Assembly (NCBI GenBank): GCA_964016885.1
Contig: OZ024747.1
Coordinates: forward strand, 39,680,001 to 39,744,000
Length of the DNA: 64,000 bases
Direction of reading: 5' to 3'
Origin: Eledone cirrhosa
Taxonomy: Eukaryota
Shown here: positions 14,460-31,265 of the stretch, piece after piece
Layout of the letters: each line of letters opens with the position of its first letter
How positions within the stretch are numbered: the first letter of the stretch is position 1
Position numbers and translations under genes: made by a program
Notes under the pieces: generated by a model
Told to the model about the DNA's origin: nothing
Database searches by the model: none
The model's input: only the letters and a program-made list of their open reading frames with translations

Positions 14460-14879
14460 TATATTGAGTTAGAAACTCAAAATAGTCTCTTACAATAAAA
14501 TAGCTCTAGGAAATAGATTTTTCCGAGCCGTATGTTATAATTGAATATAAAAGAAAGACCAAAACTGATATATAGATATATGTTTTCAAATCGTAAGGGA
14601 CCAGGTTCGCTAAAGTGAAAAGAATACTAACTATAGACAATAGGGTTTGCTTGACTCAATTTAAGAATAAATCCAGAAAATAAATACAAACCGGAATTGT
14701 GGTAACTACCAATCACCCAGACAGCTTTTGGTACTGCTGTTTCGCAAAATTAGTTGTGAATAGTAAAGCCAATTCTTGCTCATCAGTTGTTATTCTTTTC
14801 ACCTTAGCGAATCTGGTCCCTTACTATTTGAAGACATATATGTATATATCTGTGTTCGTCTTTCTTTTATATTCAATTA
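14460..14879. mobile_element. PLE pLTR-like fragment with inverted arms (about 14537-14626 and 14790-14879) and a hammerhead on the minus strand at 14716-14790
   Basis: CUGAUGA-GCAAGAAUUGG..CUAAUUUUGC-GAAA-CAGC..GCUG-UC; related to 59955-60185. Confidence 0.7.
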
Positions 14880-15466
14880 TCTATATATATAAAACTGAGG
14901 ATGTCTGTGTGTGTGTGTGTGAGTTGGAATCCCTAAAACTAGAGAAGCACCCAACCGACTGTTTTCAATCTTTACACATGTAATACTTATGTTTCAGGGA
15001 GTGTTCTGAGAAAAATAAATTTCAAATTTTCAATACCCCAGGGACCGCATTAGGCGATTTAGCGATCTCTCTCTATAATTCTTATCTTTCTCTTTTTAGA
15101 TAGATACATACATATAACGTCGCGCCCTTATAATATCTGTCTGTATGTCTGTATGTCAGCATTACGTCACTTCCTACAATTCACTCTACGTCCAGAACGC
15201 ATCCTTATAATATCTGTCTGTATGTCTGGCTGTCTGCTGCCTCCAGTTATTCTACTACCCTTGCTCAAGACAAATCTCACACTCATTCTCCAAACAGTTG
15301 GTAAATGCACACAACTTTTTCCTCACGTTATAAGCTACAGTGTTGCTTACTTACGTACCACCAGACCCTTACTTCTTTGCCAGCCGTGGTTGTGGCAATA
15401 CTAAGCTTAGCTAAGGCATATATTTCACAATACGTTATCCCGTGCAACGCTGGGTACCACTGCTAG
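14880..15466 (+). mobile_element. Non-autonomous Helitron
   Basis: A|TC 5' end (TCTATATATATAAAACTG), subterminal hairpin CCCGTGCAACGCTGGG, CTAG|T 3' end; termini shared with 31426-32592. Confidence 0.85.
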
Positions 15467-16149
15467 TAATATATAAATATATATCCGGATATTTACTACA
15501 CTAAAAAATATCTGTATATGTATAAGCACGCACACACGCTCACAAACAAACATATATATATATATGTGTGTGTGTGTGTGTATATACAGGTATGTATAAC
15601 ACTGATTACGCTGTTATTTCAGGTAAATATATTTCTATGTGCGCCTCTTTCGGATATTTCTAAAGCATATTCTAATTCCTCAGTATCTTATTGAGAAGGT
15701 TTGTAACGCTGTGTTATTTTCCCTCGAGTGTGAAAGAGTTCCAACATATGTAGTAGAAAGTGTAATAGACCTTTCTTCTTTAAAACGAGTTTTAATTTAT
15801 ATTTTGCTACTTATTTCCAGCGTGAATGATGATATTTTTACAGTGATCTATTTTGATTTCAAGGAGATTTGCTCAAATTGTCAGAGATCTATGGCTGGTT
15901 GATCTAATATATAGAGGTTTCTTCAGGAATGTTTTGTGTAACCCCAGGTTCACCCTGACCACGTTTCTTGTGTGATACAAAGGCTTTCCAGTCGTGTTTA
16001 TCCTGCATTTCTAATAGCCCTAACTCATTTTTTGTCTCACGCCTATACTTTAATAACGGTAGATTTTATGATTTAAGGAAGACGTGTCTGCAATTTATTG
16101 AATTTCAAGCGATATAGCGTTTTTCTGTCTCGCTCTTGTGTCCAATGCG

Positions 16150-16260
16150 AATTGGCAAAGCTCTTAAGGCATTTGAGTAAAAATGCCTTAGTATTTCTTC
16201 TGGATCACGGTACCCTATGTTCAAATCCCACTATAGCCAAATTTGCCTTTCATACTTCCT
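16150..16260 (+). mobile_element. Old diverged SINE remnant
   Basis: GTTCAAATCCCAC..TTTGCCTTTCAT resembles the SINE core at 2045-2080. Confidence 0.45.
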
Positions 16261-16799
16261 CTTACTCTCTCTCATTCTTTGACTGGAAGAGCGATGGTCA
16301 TAATGGTGACCCAACGTTGCTATCAAGAGTTCATTCATCTACATTTTAATCTCGTCGTTTCGCTTAGCCTATTTCGGTTAATTACTGTCTCTTCTCATTT
16401 CCTACTCCTACCTCTCTCCCATCTTCTTTCACTCTCTGCCCCCCCCCCCCTCCTCCAATATCTCTCGTCTATTTAACTGCCGTAATATCCCTGGCAAATG
16501 TAGTGTAATTTTTCTATATCAATCTATTTGCTCTCTGATTTATTTATGTCTCTAATTTATTTTCTAATTTTCAAAGGATGCAATTTAGAAATGTGATTAC
16601 ATATATTGATCAAAGAATCGTTTATAGTATCTTACACCGCAATATGATATTTTAAAACGGTGTTTAATAATTTTGCGTCTGATTGTTGTTCACCTTTGGA
16701 ACGGAAATGACGCTCAACCGTTGTATAATTCACAGGTAGCTGCGACAGACATGAATTTGCTCTATCTTATCACTTACACACACATGCCTATATGTGTAT

Positions 16800-18580
<1,781 letters not shown>

Positions 18581-18964
18581 ACCTGCTGAGAGAACGTCTG
18601 ATATAGCCTCTGTCAGCCGAAGCCCAGCTCCTGGCCTGTTCTCCTATGGTTGTGAGGTTTGGAACTGACAAAAATGGGGAAATGCGAGTTAATGACGCTT
18701 TAAACCAGTTACTCCGGGTAGGTAGACCTCCTCAGACTTGGTTATCCGTCTGTCTAAGTGAAGGCTACCCTCGAAATAATGCCCAGTAATCTTGCCCATG
18801 CCTGTTTCTGGGTCGCCTGGGTTTTTCCGTGTTGTGCAAGGTGTTACTGACTACAAATCCCATATGCATGCATATACACAAGTGAACAATTTTTCATCAC
18901 GCATCCATGATTTCCTACCACTCTTGTGATTTTTTATGACCTTTATAGTTACACAACCGGGAGA

Positions 18965-19145
18965 GCATAATAGCTAGAATGAGGATAGTATGGAAGAAGT
19001 TTACAGAACTACACTCACTGTTGACAACAAAAGGATGACTGTGTGACACCTATGTGTGAAGTGTGATGCTGCATGGTTGTGAAACATGGGCTGTGACTGC
19101 AGAGAAATGAAGCAAGCATGCTTTGTTGGATGTGCAATGAACCAA
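18965..19145 (+). pseudogene. RTE-clade LINE RT C-terminal remnant
   Basis: ARMRIVWKKFTEL..LL..SVMLHGCETWAVT..NEASMLCWMC. Confidence 0.7.
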
Positions 19146-19183
19146 GATTGACAATATCAAGAAATAAGTATACATACACAAGC

Positions 19184-19221
<38 letters not shown>

Positions 19222-19258
19222 ATCCGAAGGGATGGTATAAATGTCCAATCATTTTAAC

Positions 19259-19330
19259 CACGACACATGTTTCAATAAGGGATAGATCGATCGTGTGGTC
19301 ATGATCGATTATCACTGATCTTGTCAGGTG
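19259..19330 (-). ncRNA. Hammerhead motif downstream of the Naiad-like PLE at 20790-22810
   Basis: CAC-CUGACAA-long stem II-GAAA-CAUGUG-UC-GUG; G8A change, possibly inactive. Confidence 0.6.
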
Positions 19331-19341
19331 AATAATGAAAT

Positions 19342-19512
19342 TGTTTCTACTTTAGGCACAAGGCCAGCAATTACCCAGTGCATTACTGGTACTTTTATTT
19401 TATCGACCCCGTAAGGATGAAAGGCAAAGTCAACTTCGGCGGGATTTGAACTCAGATCGTAAAGGGACATAACTATGCTGGAAAGCAAAGCATGGCGACC
19501 AACCCTCTACCG
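19342..19512 (-). mobile_element. SINE copy, 5'-truncated, with 10 bp TSD
   Basis: Reverse complement of about 1988-2155; ATAATGAAAT at 19332-19341 and 19513-19522. Confidence 0.85.
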
Positions 19513-20789
19513 ATAATGAAATGTCTTCAAATCTTTGATATGAGGGAGGAAAAACTAACGATGTTCACTCACTAGAGTTTTCTTCCCCTTATGAATAATC
19601 AGCAGCCAAAACACGCCGACTGCTATCGTCTTCAGTCAGGGTCATAAATCTATCAAGTTTCTATCTCTCAATAGCTGTAAAAGACGCTGGACAGGTCTAA
19701 TCTCAGCATCAGATCTGTAGAATTTTGGTCGGTCACAATTAATGTTATTGAGTACACACACATACCGACGCGAGGTTAGAGAAAAAAAATATATATATAT
19801 ACACACCAACACAGTATGCACCGAAAGTTAGGTTACAAACAACAAACGTTATATTGGTCAAATCTCAATTTTAACGATGTAAATTAGAAAAAATTTGGGT
19901 CAACCACAATCCTACACACACGCAAGTAAATTCCGTTCAACGTTCTGCTATACGAGTATCGATTGAATTGTAACATCCGTATCGTCAAAATAGTGTATGT
20001 TTTAGTACATACACATCCATGTGTAGAGCACGTAGTCAGCTCGTATCGAACTCTATATGTGCCGTTGTCCCGTTGAGAGTGTGAGTCCCCGAGTCTGTGC
20101 GTGCAAGCACCCACCATGTAAGCCAAGAATGGGCTCCATGTAGGGTTGGGTATTTGAGTTAAGGTGTCAGTGTGTGCGTTTCCCGTCAAATGGGCCCTCA
20201 GGCCTTCAAGGTAAGTGTTTGAGTGGTGGAGGTGTGTTACCCAACACAAAATAAAATAACAAAACCCCGGGGATGTGTGAAAGTCCATTGATGGTGTGTA
20301 AGTAGTATTGTCCATTCCGCGAACTGTGAGCACTCCATAGTTAGAGGATCACAGACCAAAACCCAGTGTAGTATTCAATCGACAAGTTCATGACTGGTCA
20401 TAACTGTGGGAACACCGTGTCTAAAGAAACCGGGTACTGTGTAGAATTATGTATAAAGAGCGTAATCGTTCTTAACTTGGTGTCTAATACGTCTATTTAC
20501 TAACTGAGAGAACTCTATGGTTAGGGTATTCTAAAGTAATGGTGAATGCGCGTAATCGGTCTTAACTACGTGTGTAATTGTTCTAACTATTTACTAACTA
20601 GGTATTCTAAAGTAATGGTAAATGTGCACTCAGCTGTGAGAACGCTGTGGAAACATACCGAGTACAGTGTGTAGATGCACAAACGATCTTAGCTGTCTAC
20701 TACCTGAGTGTGTGATTGTCTATTTTTTGCTAATTGAGAGAACTCTATGGCTAAGGTAAAAAGGAGGGAATTAGTGGTAGGTTACTTTC

Positions 20790-22810
20790 CAAAAATCATG
20801 AGGAAGGTTTTCGCGGTTCTATGCTGGCAGGTGTTGAAAACCTCCGCTCTCCTATTGATTAGTAGGGGGCCACCTCTAATTATATTAAAGGTTTCAGCTA
20901 TACATAAATTACAAACGCCGGTGCTGCCGTTATATGGCTAGGCTAAGCAGACTATGGACCAGGATAAGGAGTGCTCTATATTGTGTTGTTTAAGCTTCCA
21001 GACTAATTCAGAAAGCGCCGTGCTATTTTTTAATCTACTTTATTAAAGTTATGGCGGTGATTATACCATCTATCCTTAAATTCAGTGGTAGTCGCCCCTA
21101 CATAGCTGAACGTTCTATCTAAAGTGGAGACCTTCCAGTCGTATACTATGTTCTTGGTGAGGCATTTCCCAGCCAAGAGGCAAGTAGCGGTGTTCCTGCA
21201 ATTGCATTTTCTGCTACCGACCGGGGTAGTTCCTGAGGAACCACGGTGCCCCTGGTGTCGGGTCTCAGTTCTTGCCTGCTCTATGGGTAAGTTCCCAGGC
21301 GTTGGGGTGGCGCAACTCACCTCACGCGTATGAGTCCGTTCATACATATAATTGCCATTATTTCTGCCATGCCTCAACCCACCCTGGGCTGCCCTAATTC
21401 TACTATATTTCCTCTTAGCTACATTCTGAGCTATGTTACTGGTTGTTGAGTAGGACAGCTTGATGGTATTCCTATTGGATATTTTATAGTATTTGTGTGA
21501 TCTAGAGAAGCAATTGTCTAAGGCCCTAAAGAAAAGCTTAGCTATACTAGTGGTCAGACCGGTGGAGTATGGGGGGTTGTACCACAGGATTTTCATGGTC
21601 CTATGTCTCTTGTTCTTCTTATCTATACTAGTGTTACCTATCTCCTTGGTTGCTACTGGTCTATTAGAACTGATAACTTCCTGTGGGTCGATGATGTCCC
21701 AGGGTGTCCAGGTGGTGTTTGGAATCGTCCCAAGTCTCCGGGGCGGTGTACCCTCCGTACAGTTATTGGAATTTCCCTCGATAGCCGGGGTTATATCCAC
21801 TATGCGCCTACTACATTTATCCTTATTCCCCCTACCCAACCTCCGTTTTATTTTAGGTTCAACAGTTGTCTTATCAGCTCTACATTTAAGGTTATAATTA
21901 AAGTTGCCGCTGGCTGTACGGTGCTCGGACACCGTGTTTGTACCTGGGTGGTTATTCTCATTGGTACCGTCGTCATTGGGACTAGGAGGCAATACAACAT
22001 GAAGTCTATATTGATCCTCCTTCGCCTCCCGCCTGCTGTTAACTAAAGTGACACTATTTTGGCCTAAGCTATCGTTGCTACTTCTATCTAATGGACGTTT
22101 GAATGAGATTCCCTCGCTATGCCCCGCGCGTTCCAGGGCGCTATTATAGTAATATGAGATCCTATCGAATGAAGATAGTCCTGAAATTCTACTAGAGACG
22201 CTTTTTGTAATACCGTTAGTAACTATTCTAGGGTGGTTCGATTTTTCGTTGACATAATTTAAATTCTCGTTGGGTTTGTGGTAGGGTTGGAAGAGTCCTG
22301 AATTGAGGTTAAGTGTAACATCTAGAAAATTAACTATCTTCAGGTTTTCTTCAAACACTATACTTAAGTCTATGTTTTTGAAGAATTTTCTTAGTTTTTT
22401 CCTCACCCTCTCTACCATAGTATTATTATGATACGACACAGTAAACAGAATGTCGTCACGGTAATCCCCACCTCCCAAGTGGGGCATTTCCACTCCAAGA
22501 CAGTCGAGGATGTAGAGGCCCACCAGATCCCTCACCGAGTCCGTGGATCCCATGGTTTTGTCAAAATTGTCCGGCCAGTCTTTCCTAGTCCACAAGTCTC
22601 CGTTGAACTCAATTAAGATTTTCCTAGCTAGGAGAATGATGTTAATTTTTTCCGATGTAAGGTCAGTGTGTAAGCTAGCAAAGTTTAGGGCCTTACCTAG
22701 AAGAGTTGGAGAGATCGAAGAGTAGTAGTTAGAGATATCAAACTGTATAAACTTAGTGCTATTCTTATTCTGCGATTTCTCAAACCAGATAATTACCTCA
22801 CTTTTGCTAA
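20790..22810 (-). mobile_element. Naiad-like PLE, 5'-truncated (RT and GIY-YIG)
   Basis: FIQFDISNYY, FDKTMGS.D..DLVGLYIL, YRDD, NFLDVTL, SNHP, WYNPPYS, CNCR..CLTKNIVY..YVG in ORF 21030-22595. Confidence 0.92.
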
Positions 22811-23104
22811 CAAAAGTTTATTGGACCGTATGACACAACCAATAATACATCTTACTATATAACAACCATATATATTTATATATATATATATATATAGTAT
22901 TGAAGTAAACGAGGTATCGATAAAGGTAATCCAAGTAGAGGTTACGAGTAATCTGTACCATGTAGGATGTTAACGTGCATCGTTGGTTGACTCAACAAGA
23001 TGTTTACACAGTTGTGGCGTTCGGACGGCCGATTTCGGACAGTTCCTGGAAAGAATGAAGAATAACAGGGATAAGCTATACAGTAGGGTTTATTCCAAGC
23101 TGGT

Positions 23105-24465
23105 CTCTCCCGCTTTCTCTTTACTCTGGACATCACCTCTCTCTATACCGTCATACCTCATGATGACGGCCTCCGCATTCTCCAACAATGTTTAGATTTA
23201 CGCCCTACCCCTTACCCCAGCACTACCACTCTTTTCCGTCTGGCTGAGCTTGTTCTCGCCCTCAATAGATGTTCTTTTTCGGATGAATTTTACCAGCAGG
23301 TCTCTGGGGTAGCAATTGGAACCAGAATGGGTCCAAACTATGCCAACTTGTTTGTTGGCTGCGTCGAAGCTCAGATCTTCTCCCATTACGCTGGACCGAC
23401 TCCTGAGCTATGAGGTCGTTATATCGACGACTGTATCGGCGCCACCTCGCTATCACGAGAACAGCCCGACTGTTTTCTTTCTTTTGTCCAATCTTTCCAT
23501 CCTGATCTCAATTTCACCGCCTCCGTCTCCGATTCTTCTGTCGCTTTTCTAAATATCTATCTATCTATTAATCACTCTCACCACACTCTCTCAACTTCCA
23601 TCTTAATTAAACCAACATACTCCCAATCTTACGTTGACTTCACCTCCTCCCATCCAACCCACACCAAACACTCCATACTCTATTCCCAATTCCTCCGTCT
23701 TCGTCGGCTCTGTAGCCATGGCGACCATTTCGAAACCCATTCCCTTCGCATGGCTTCCTGCTTCATCCAGCGTGGATATCTCCCCACCCTGATGCAAGCT
23801 ACTCTCACCCACGCCCGTGAAACAGACCGCACCACAACCCTCTCACCTCACCCCCGACATCCTAACACCGGTGTTTCTTTCCCTCTCACCTACCACACCA
23901 CCACTCTACCATTCCGGCGACATATCCTCCGTTCCTTCCGTATCCTCTCTCTGACCCCATCACTTCTCGCTTTTTTCCAAATCCACCCATTACTGCTTTT
24001 AAGCGCGCCCGCAACCTCCGCGAGCTCTTGTTTCGCAGTTCCATTTCGTCATCTCCCACGACTCCACCCGGCTCTCATCCTTGTTCCCGTTCCCGCTGCA
24101 ACACTTGTCCCTTTATTTCCACCCTCACCACTCTTACAGGCCCTAACAAGTCTTTCCGTATCTGCCATTCGTTCACCTGCACATCCATCCACGTTGTCTA
24201 TGCCCTCCGGTGTTCCCTTTGCAGGTCTTTATATATCGAACAAACGGGACGCCGTACGGCGGACCGTTTTGCCGAACATTTGAGGGACATCAGACTCGGT
24301 TTGGATACTCCTGTCGCCCGTCATTTCTGTTTTCCTGGTCATTCTTTCCTACATGTTCAGCCCTGGGTGTCCTTTTACATCATGGATCACAGGCCTCGTG
24401 CACAAGGACTGAACAAAGTCTGATTCACCGCCTTGGGTCCTATTCCCCTCTTGGACTGAACGCAT
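23105..24465 (+). mobile_element. Decayed Neptune-like PLE (RT and GIY-YIG)
   Basis: LDITSLYTVIPHDDG, GVAIGTRMGPNYANL, RYIDD, SSHP..SQFLRLRRLCS, CSRSRCNTC..VVY..C..C..YI. Confidence 0.88.
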
Positions 24466-25785
24466 TAGTTGTTTACGGACCCGGTCTGTACTACTAGGTT
24501 TGTACCCTTTGAGGGTGAGGAGCCCATCATCCCGGTACAATCCACCGCCGAGTGCAGGAAACATTTCGGTGAGTTTAAATAGTAGGAATAATCCTATAAT
24601 ATCTGTGACCTCGGCCGAAAACGTGGCGCCCATACTGACGTCGAAGGGGGAGTCGGACGCTCTCTTTATCCACTTGGAGTTGTCGAAAAGTAGGACTGTC
24701 TTCCTGGCGTGGAGAATGATATTTCTTTCCTGGTCACGGCGTCCGTGTAATTTATGCTCGGAGGAAACATTACAAATGCTGTTTTCGAAGGACCAACTCC
24801 TAAACAAGAAAGATGAACTGGTAACCGCATGCAAACACAGATTGCGTAGGACTTACCTCGCAGTCAAACCCCATAACGACCCGAGTGGGTACACAAGGGC
24901 TTATACCCCCATCCCCCACCACCACCATCACTTGCCGAATAAGTTAGGGGGAAATCACAGCTTACATAGGTAGATGTATCTCTTTTCTTTTCCTCTTTGT
25001 CTTCTTCTTCCCCCTGTCTCATCCTATCACTTCCTTCCACCCCCTATTTTCTGCCTCGTCTGCTTTCCACTTTCGCCTACCCCGTTGCAGTCCATCGGGC
25101 CTCTGTAGCATCAGTTCTCCCACCCCTGTAATTTTAAATTAGAATTGGCCGAATACGTTTTACTAACTAATTATAGCAGATGTGTTAAACACCTTTAATT
25201 TTGTATTAGTTTTGTTACTACTCAATTTCTACAAGTTTTTTCTATTCTCAACTGATGAACCTGTAATTGTAAGATAGCATTGTGATTTTTTTATTCATTT
25301 CTCACTATCTAATTTTATATAATTTTTTTTGTTCTTTCTATTATCTTTTATTGTCTCCTACTCTCATTCGATTTACCTATTCTATAACCTCCCTCATCCA
25401 CTTCATACACTATCCCTAGAATCTGCTGTATACATATCACTTTCAACGCTTGACCGTTCCACTCACTCTCCTATTGTTCTACAGGCAAGTTCAGTCACCC
25501 CTAGCTCCCACCAAATGCCATGATAGACTTATTTGTGTTTACAACAAATTTTAACCAATCCTATTGGCAACTACAATCTTCCCATATAAGGAAGTACCCC
25601 TTGACAAGTTCGGCTATTTATTCACGAGGCTAAAAATTCTAATTTAGTCCAGAAATAGCCATCGAAACGGCTTGAGCTCTGCCGTCGGGGTCATAGTTTT
25701 TCCTATTTCCCTCTCTACTACCCTAAGTATTGAGTACTCTGGTGCGTTATGGTCCATATGGTACCTTACCACAATTCCTTTGTTA
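24466..25785. mobile_element. Naiad-like PLE with inverted RT segment (24466-24737, minus) joined to sense 3' end and pLTR
   Basis: FDVSMGA..YRDDGL on minus; RRPCNLCSEETLQMLFS..ACKH on plus, nearly identical to 56298-56470. Confidence 0.85.
25596..25691 (+). ncRNA. Hammerhead with U3-A8 core and extended stems II and III
   Basis: ACCCC-UUGACAA-..GGCUAUUU..AAAUAGCC..-GAAA-CGGC..GCCG-UC-GGGGU. Confidence 0.75.
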
Positions 25786-25834
<49 letters not shown>

Positions 25835-25939
25835 AGAATAAGTAAGTGACATAGTCACTACTTTAAAACTCATAGCGAATCGTCTTCTAAGTATTTTTAA
25901 TTAAACATACAGTATATTGCCAAATATATTATACATACA

Positions 25940-26051
<112 letters not shown>

Positions 26052-26065
26052 ATGAAATATGAAAT

Positions 26066-27545
26066 ATATGAAATATAAGAATCAAAGAACTGTTCAAAAC
26101 ATTATTGTGCTTACAGCTGTTTCCTCCAAACCGAGGTTTGGATTCTTCGGAGCAATTTATTAATGCATGGACAGTTATATGACCCCCTTTTCAGTCAAGA
26201 GACATACCGATACATATGCAAATATTGTGGGTCAACATTCATTACAGAATTTAGAGTGGCAGTACACACTTCGAGATTACATTCATATTAAGAGGTACAA
26301 TCAAAAATCAAAAATACAGGTTAAAATACAACATGAAGATAAGCGGTTATATAGTGCAAATGTTATATGTGTGGCACGCATGTGCGTCTTGTTTATATAG
26401 TGTGGCAGAGAGATATGTGTGGTAGAGGCACTTAGGTAGGTAAACAAGAGTGTTAGGTTGGTAGATCTGGTGGCAAATTCTTTATATGATTGATATAGTC
26501 TGTGTGTGGAGAAATGTTATAAGCATTAAAAATAGTGCAAGCATTAAAAGTGTTAAAAGTATTGGAGATGCACAGCGAAGGGATGTCAAGTATTTCATGT
26601 ACTTCGACATTTTCATGGTCAGGGGAGTGTATTTTTCGATTATATGCCCCTCACATAATCCGCGACAATTCGATATTGAGCGTTTGACAATCCAGTTAGA
26701 GAATCGTAGTCTGGTGTTCTTTAGTTCAATACAGGAGGCTGTTACGTTTCGAGAAACGCCATTGAATACCACCCGGAAGTGTGTGTGTGGCTAAGGGGAG
26801 TTAATGCATGCGGGGAGGTAACTCCGGGGTTTCTATACCTGGCTATTAAAATGTGTCACAATGTAGACCCTAATTTCTATGGTGATGCGCATCCTCCAAA
26901 AAAATGTTTAAAGCATAAAGTGTATTAACTATAGAATACTTTAATTAAGTTATGCTGAAGGTGTTCATATTATTATGGTGGATTAACCCCCATCGTAAGG
27001 TGCCACCAATGGATATTATAGATGATGAGCGTGGAATCTAAATTAATGATCTCTGTGGTTGTAGTCTACTCATCGGACCAGGCGCGGTGATTGCAGGATT
27101 GCTTCAGGACCCAATGATCTCTGGTAAGTTCTGGGTCATCGCTTGCTACATTGGATGTCGAAAGATAATCCTCTCCAGGCCAGCCAGAGGTCACTCTAAA
27201 TTCTGTAATGAATGTTGACCCACAATATTTGCATATGTATCGGTATGTCTCTTGACTGAAAAGGAGGTCATATAACTGTCCATGCATTAATAAATTGCTC
27301 CGAAGAATCCAAACCTCGGTTTGGAGGAAACAGCTGTAAGCACAATAATGTTTTGAACAGTTCTTTGATTCTTATATTTCATATAACTGCTCTGCAAATC
27401 ATCTGATGTTTTTACATTGAGCTACTTAACTTACTGGTAATAAGGTAGTAATACATTACTGCCTACCACTATTTAGGTTGTATATAAAAAATACTTATAA
27501 CTGCATAAGGTTTTGTATTTACATAACCATAAATAGTATAACTAA
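26066..27545. mobile_element. ORF-less pLTR-type insertion with about 193 bp inverted repeats (26066-26258 and 27193-27385), each carrying a U4C hammerhead
   Basis: 27296-27342 reads UGCU-CCGAAGA-AUCCAAAC CUCG GUUUGGAG-GAAA-CAGCUG-UA-AGCA; downstream sequence resembles 1700-1880. Confidence 0.8.
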
Positions 27546-27782
27546 TACTATATTTATATATATATATATAAGGCATAACAAAATATCGTTATCGGTAATC
27601 CACTTAGGGGTTGTGAATACTCCGTATTGTGGATAGTTTTAGCGTACGGCGTTGCTTGACTCAATAAGAGGTTTCCATAAGTGGCGAGTTTCTGACTTCC
27701 CGGGAAATGCTATGTTAGTTTATCTTGGAGTAATAATATTGAAAGAGTGAATAATAACATGGTCAACAGTACAAAAAAGCGT

Positions 27783-27830
<48 letters not shown>

Positions 27831-27851
27831 CATATATATATATATACATAT

Positions 27852-28785
27852 ATATATATCATAAATCATGTCTTTAGAATTATTAGATAAAATATACACC
27901 GTTTCTTCTTCCAATTAGCATAATTAACCATATAAAAAATCAATTAGACCAAGCTATAAGAAGAAAGGCTCTTATGAAGAAATCTTCGACAAATAACCGA
28001 AAGTGGCCTCTTCGCGGTGGCCTCAATATAGTATATTTATCCCACATTTCGACAGCATGTGGAAACTGACTAAATATATCATCAACCATACACAATTAGG
28101 TGTAAAATTAAACTTAGAAGAAATGTGTACATACCGTAATTATATCTCTACCATGGTTTCATCCGTATTTTTAGACATCCAATTAATAGGAATGTCCTGA
28201 GTTAGGATTCATCAGGAGACAAACTCAAAATCAGACATCTAGTTTTTCAACCTGATCGCGCCGAAATTAGATTCAAAAATGGCTAAGAATCGCTATGTGG
28301 CTGTGCTCAAGCTAGAAAGAATGTGATTGGCTGCTTACGGCGGGTAGGCTTGTTGCTAGAAAGCGCAGCCAAATATCGCCAAATTTAATCTCAACCTAAC
28401 GGGAGATTATTAAATATAAAGTTTTACATATACATAAAGTTATAGATATATATGTTGCAACCGGTCACTTTTAAGCGCTATGAAGAATTAATAAATTAAA
28501 TACTCAGAGCAATATATCATAAATCATGTCTTTAGAATTATTAGATAAAATATACACGGTTTCTTCTTCCAATTAGCATAATTAACCATATAAAAAATCA
28601 ATTAGACCACATGCTGTCGAAATGTTGGATAAATATACTATATTGGGGCCACCGCGAAGAGGCCGCTTTCGGTTATTTGTCGAAGATTTCTTCATAAGAG
28701 CCTTTCTTCTTATAGCTTGGTCTAATTGATTTTTTATATGGTTAATTATGCTAATTGGAAGAAGAAACGGTGTATATTTTATCTA
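27852..28785. repeat. Rearranged repeat in (TA)n with direct (27852-27950 and 28512-28608) and inverted (27886-28062 and 28607-28785) duplications
   Basis: Direct sequence comparison; no convincing HHR or ORF found. Confidence 0.75.
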
Positions 28786-28793
28786 TATATATA

Positions 28794-30729
<1,936 letters not shown>

Positions 30730-30734
30730 TCGTC

Positions 30735-30839
<105 letters not shown>

Positions 30840-31000
30840 TTAGATATGTCTCATATGAAATGATACAGCCAATTTTCCACGCAATACTTTTAGTTAGCAC
30901 CCCGAACGCATAATTGGGAATATAATCACTTATTTCCTAATGTTTGTTGAATGAGTTGGAATTTGGCCGGAGTATCGCTAAATAGCTTTCTTCGATATTG

Positions 31001-31008
<8 letters not shown>
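30840..31008 (+). repeat. pLTR-like 3' fragment of the family at 53146-53930
   Basis: High similarity to 53765-53930. Confidence 0.75.
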
Positions 31009-31045
<37 letters not shown>

Positions 31046-31127
31046 TAGCGAGAATCTTATTTCGGCTTTGGAATTAGCGAAAAACAACCTCCGAGATGTG
31101 TGGCAAGTGCTCAATAATTCTGACGAA

Positions 31128-31212
<85 letters not shown>

Positions 31213-31265
31213 TATATATATATTGGCTGGTCCCTCGTCAGATCCTCAGATAGAATATTTTACGG

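Noticed and set aside
19884-20333. 149 aa ORF downstream of a PLE
   Set aside because: No recognisable motif; lies in the element's presumed 3' region
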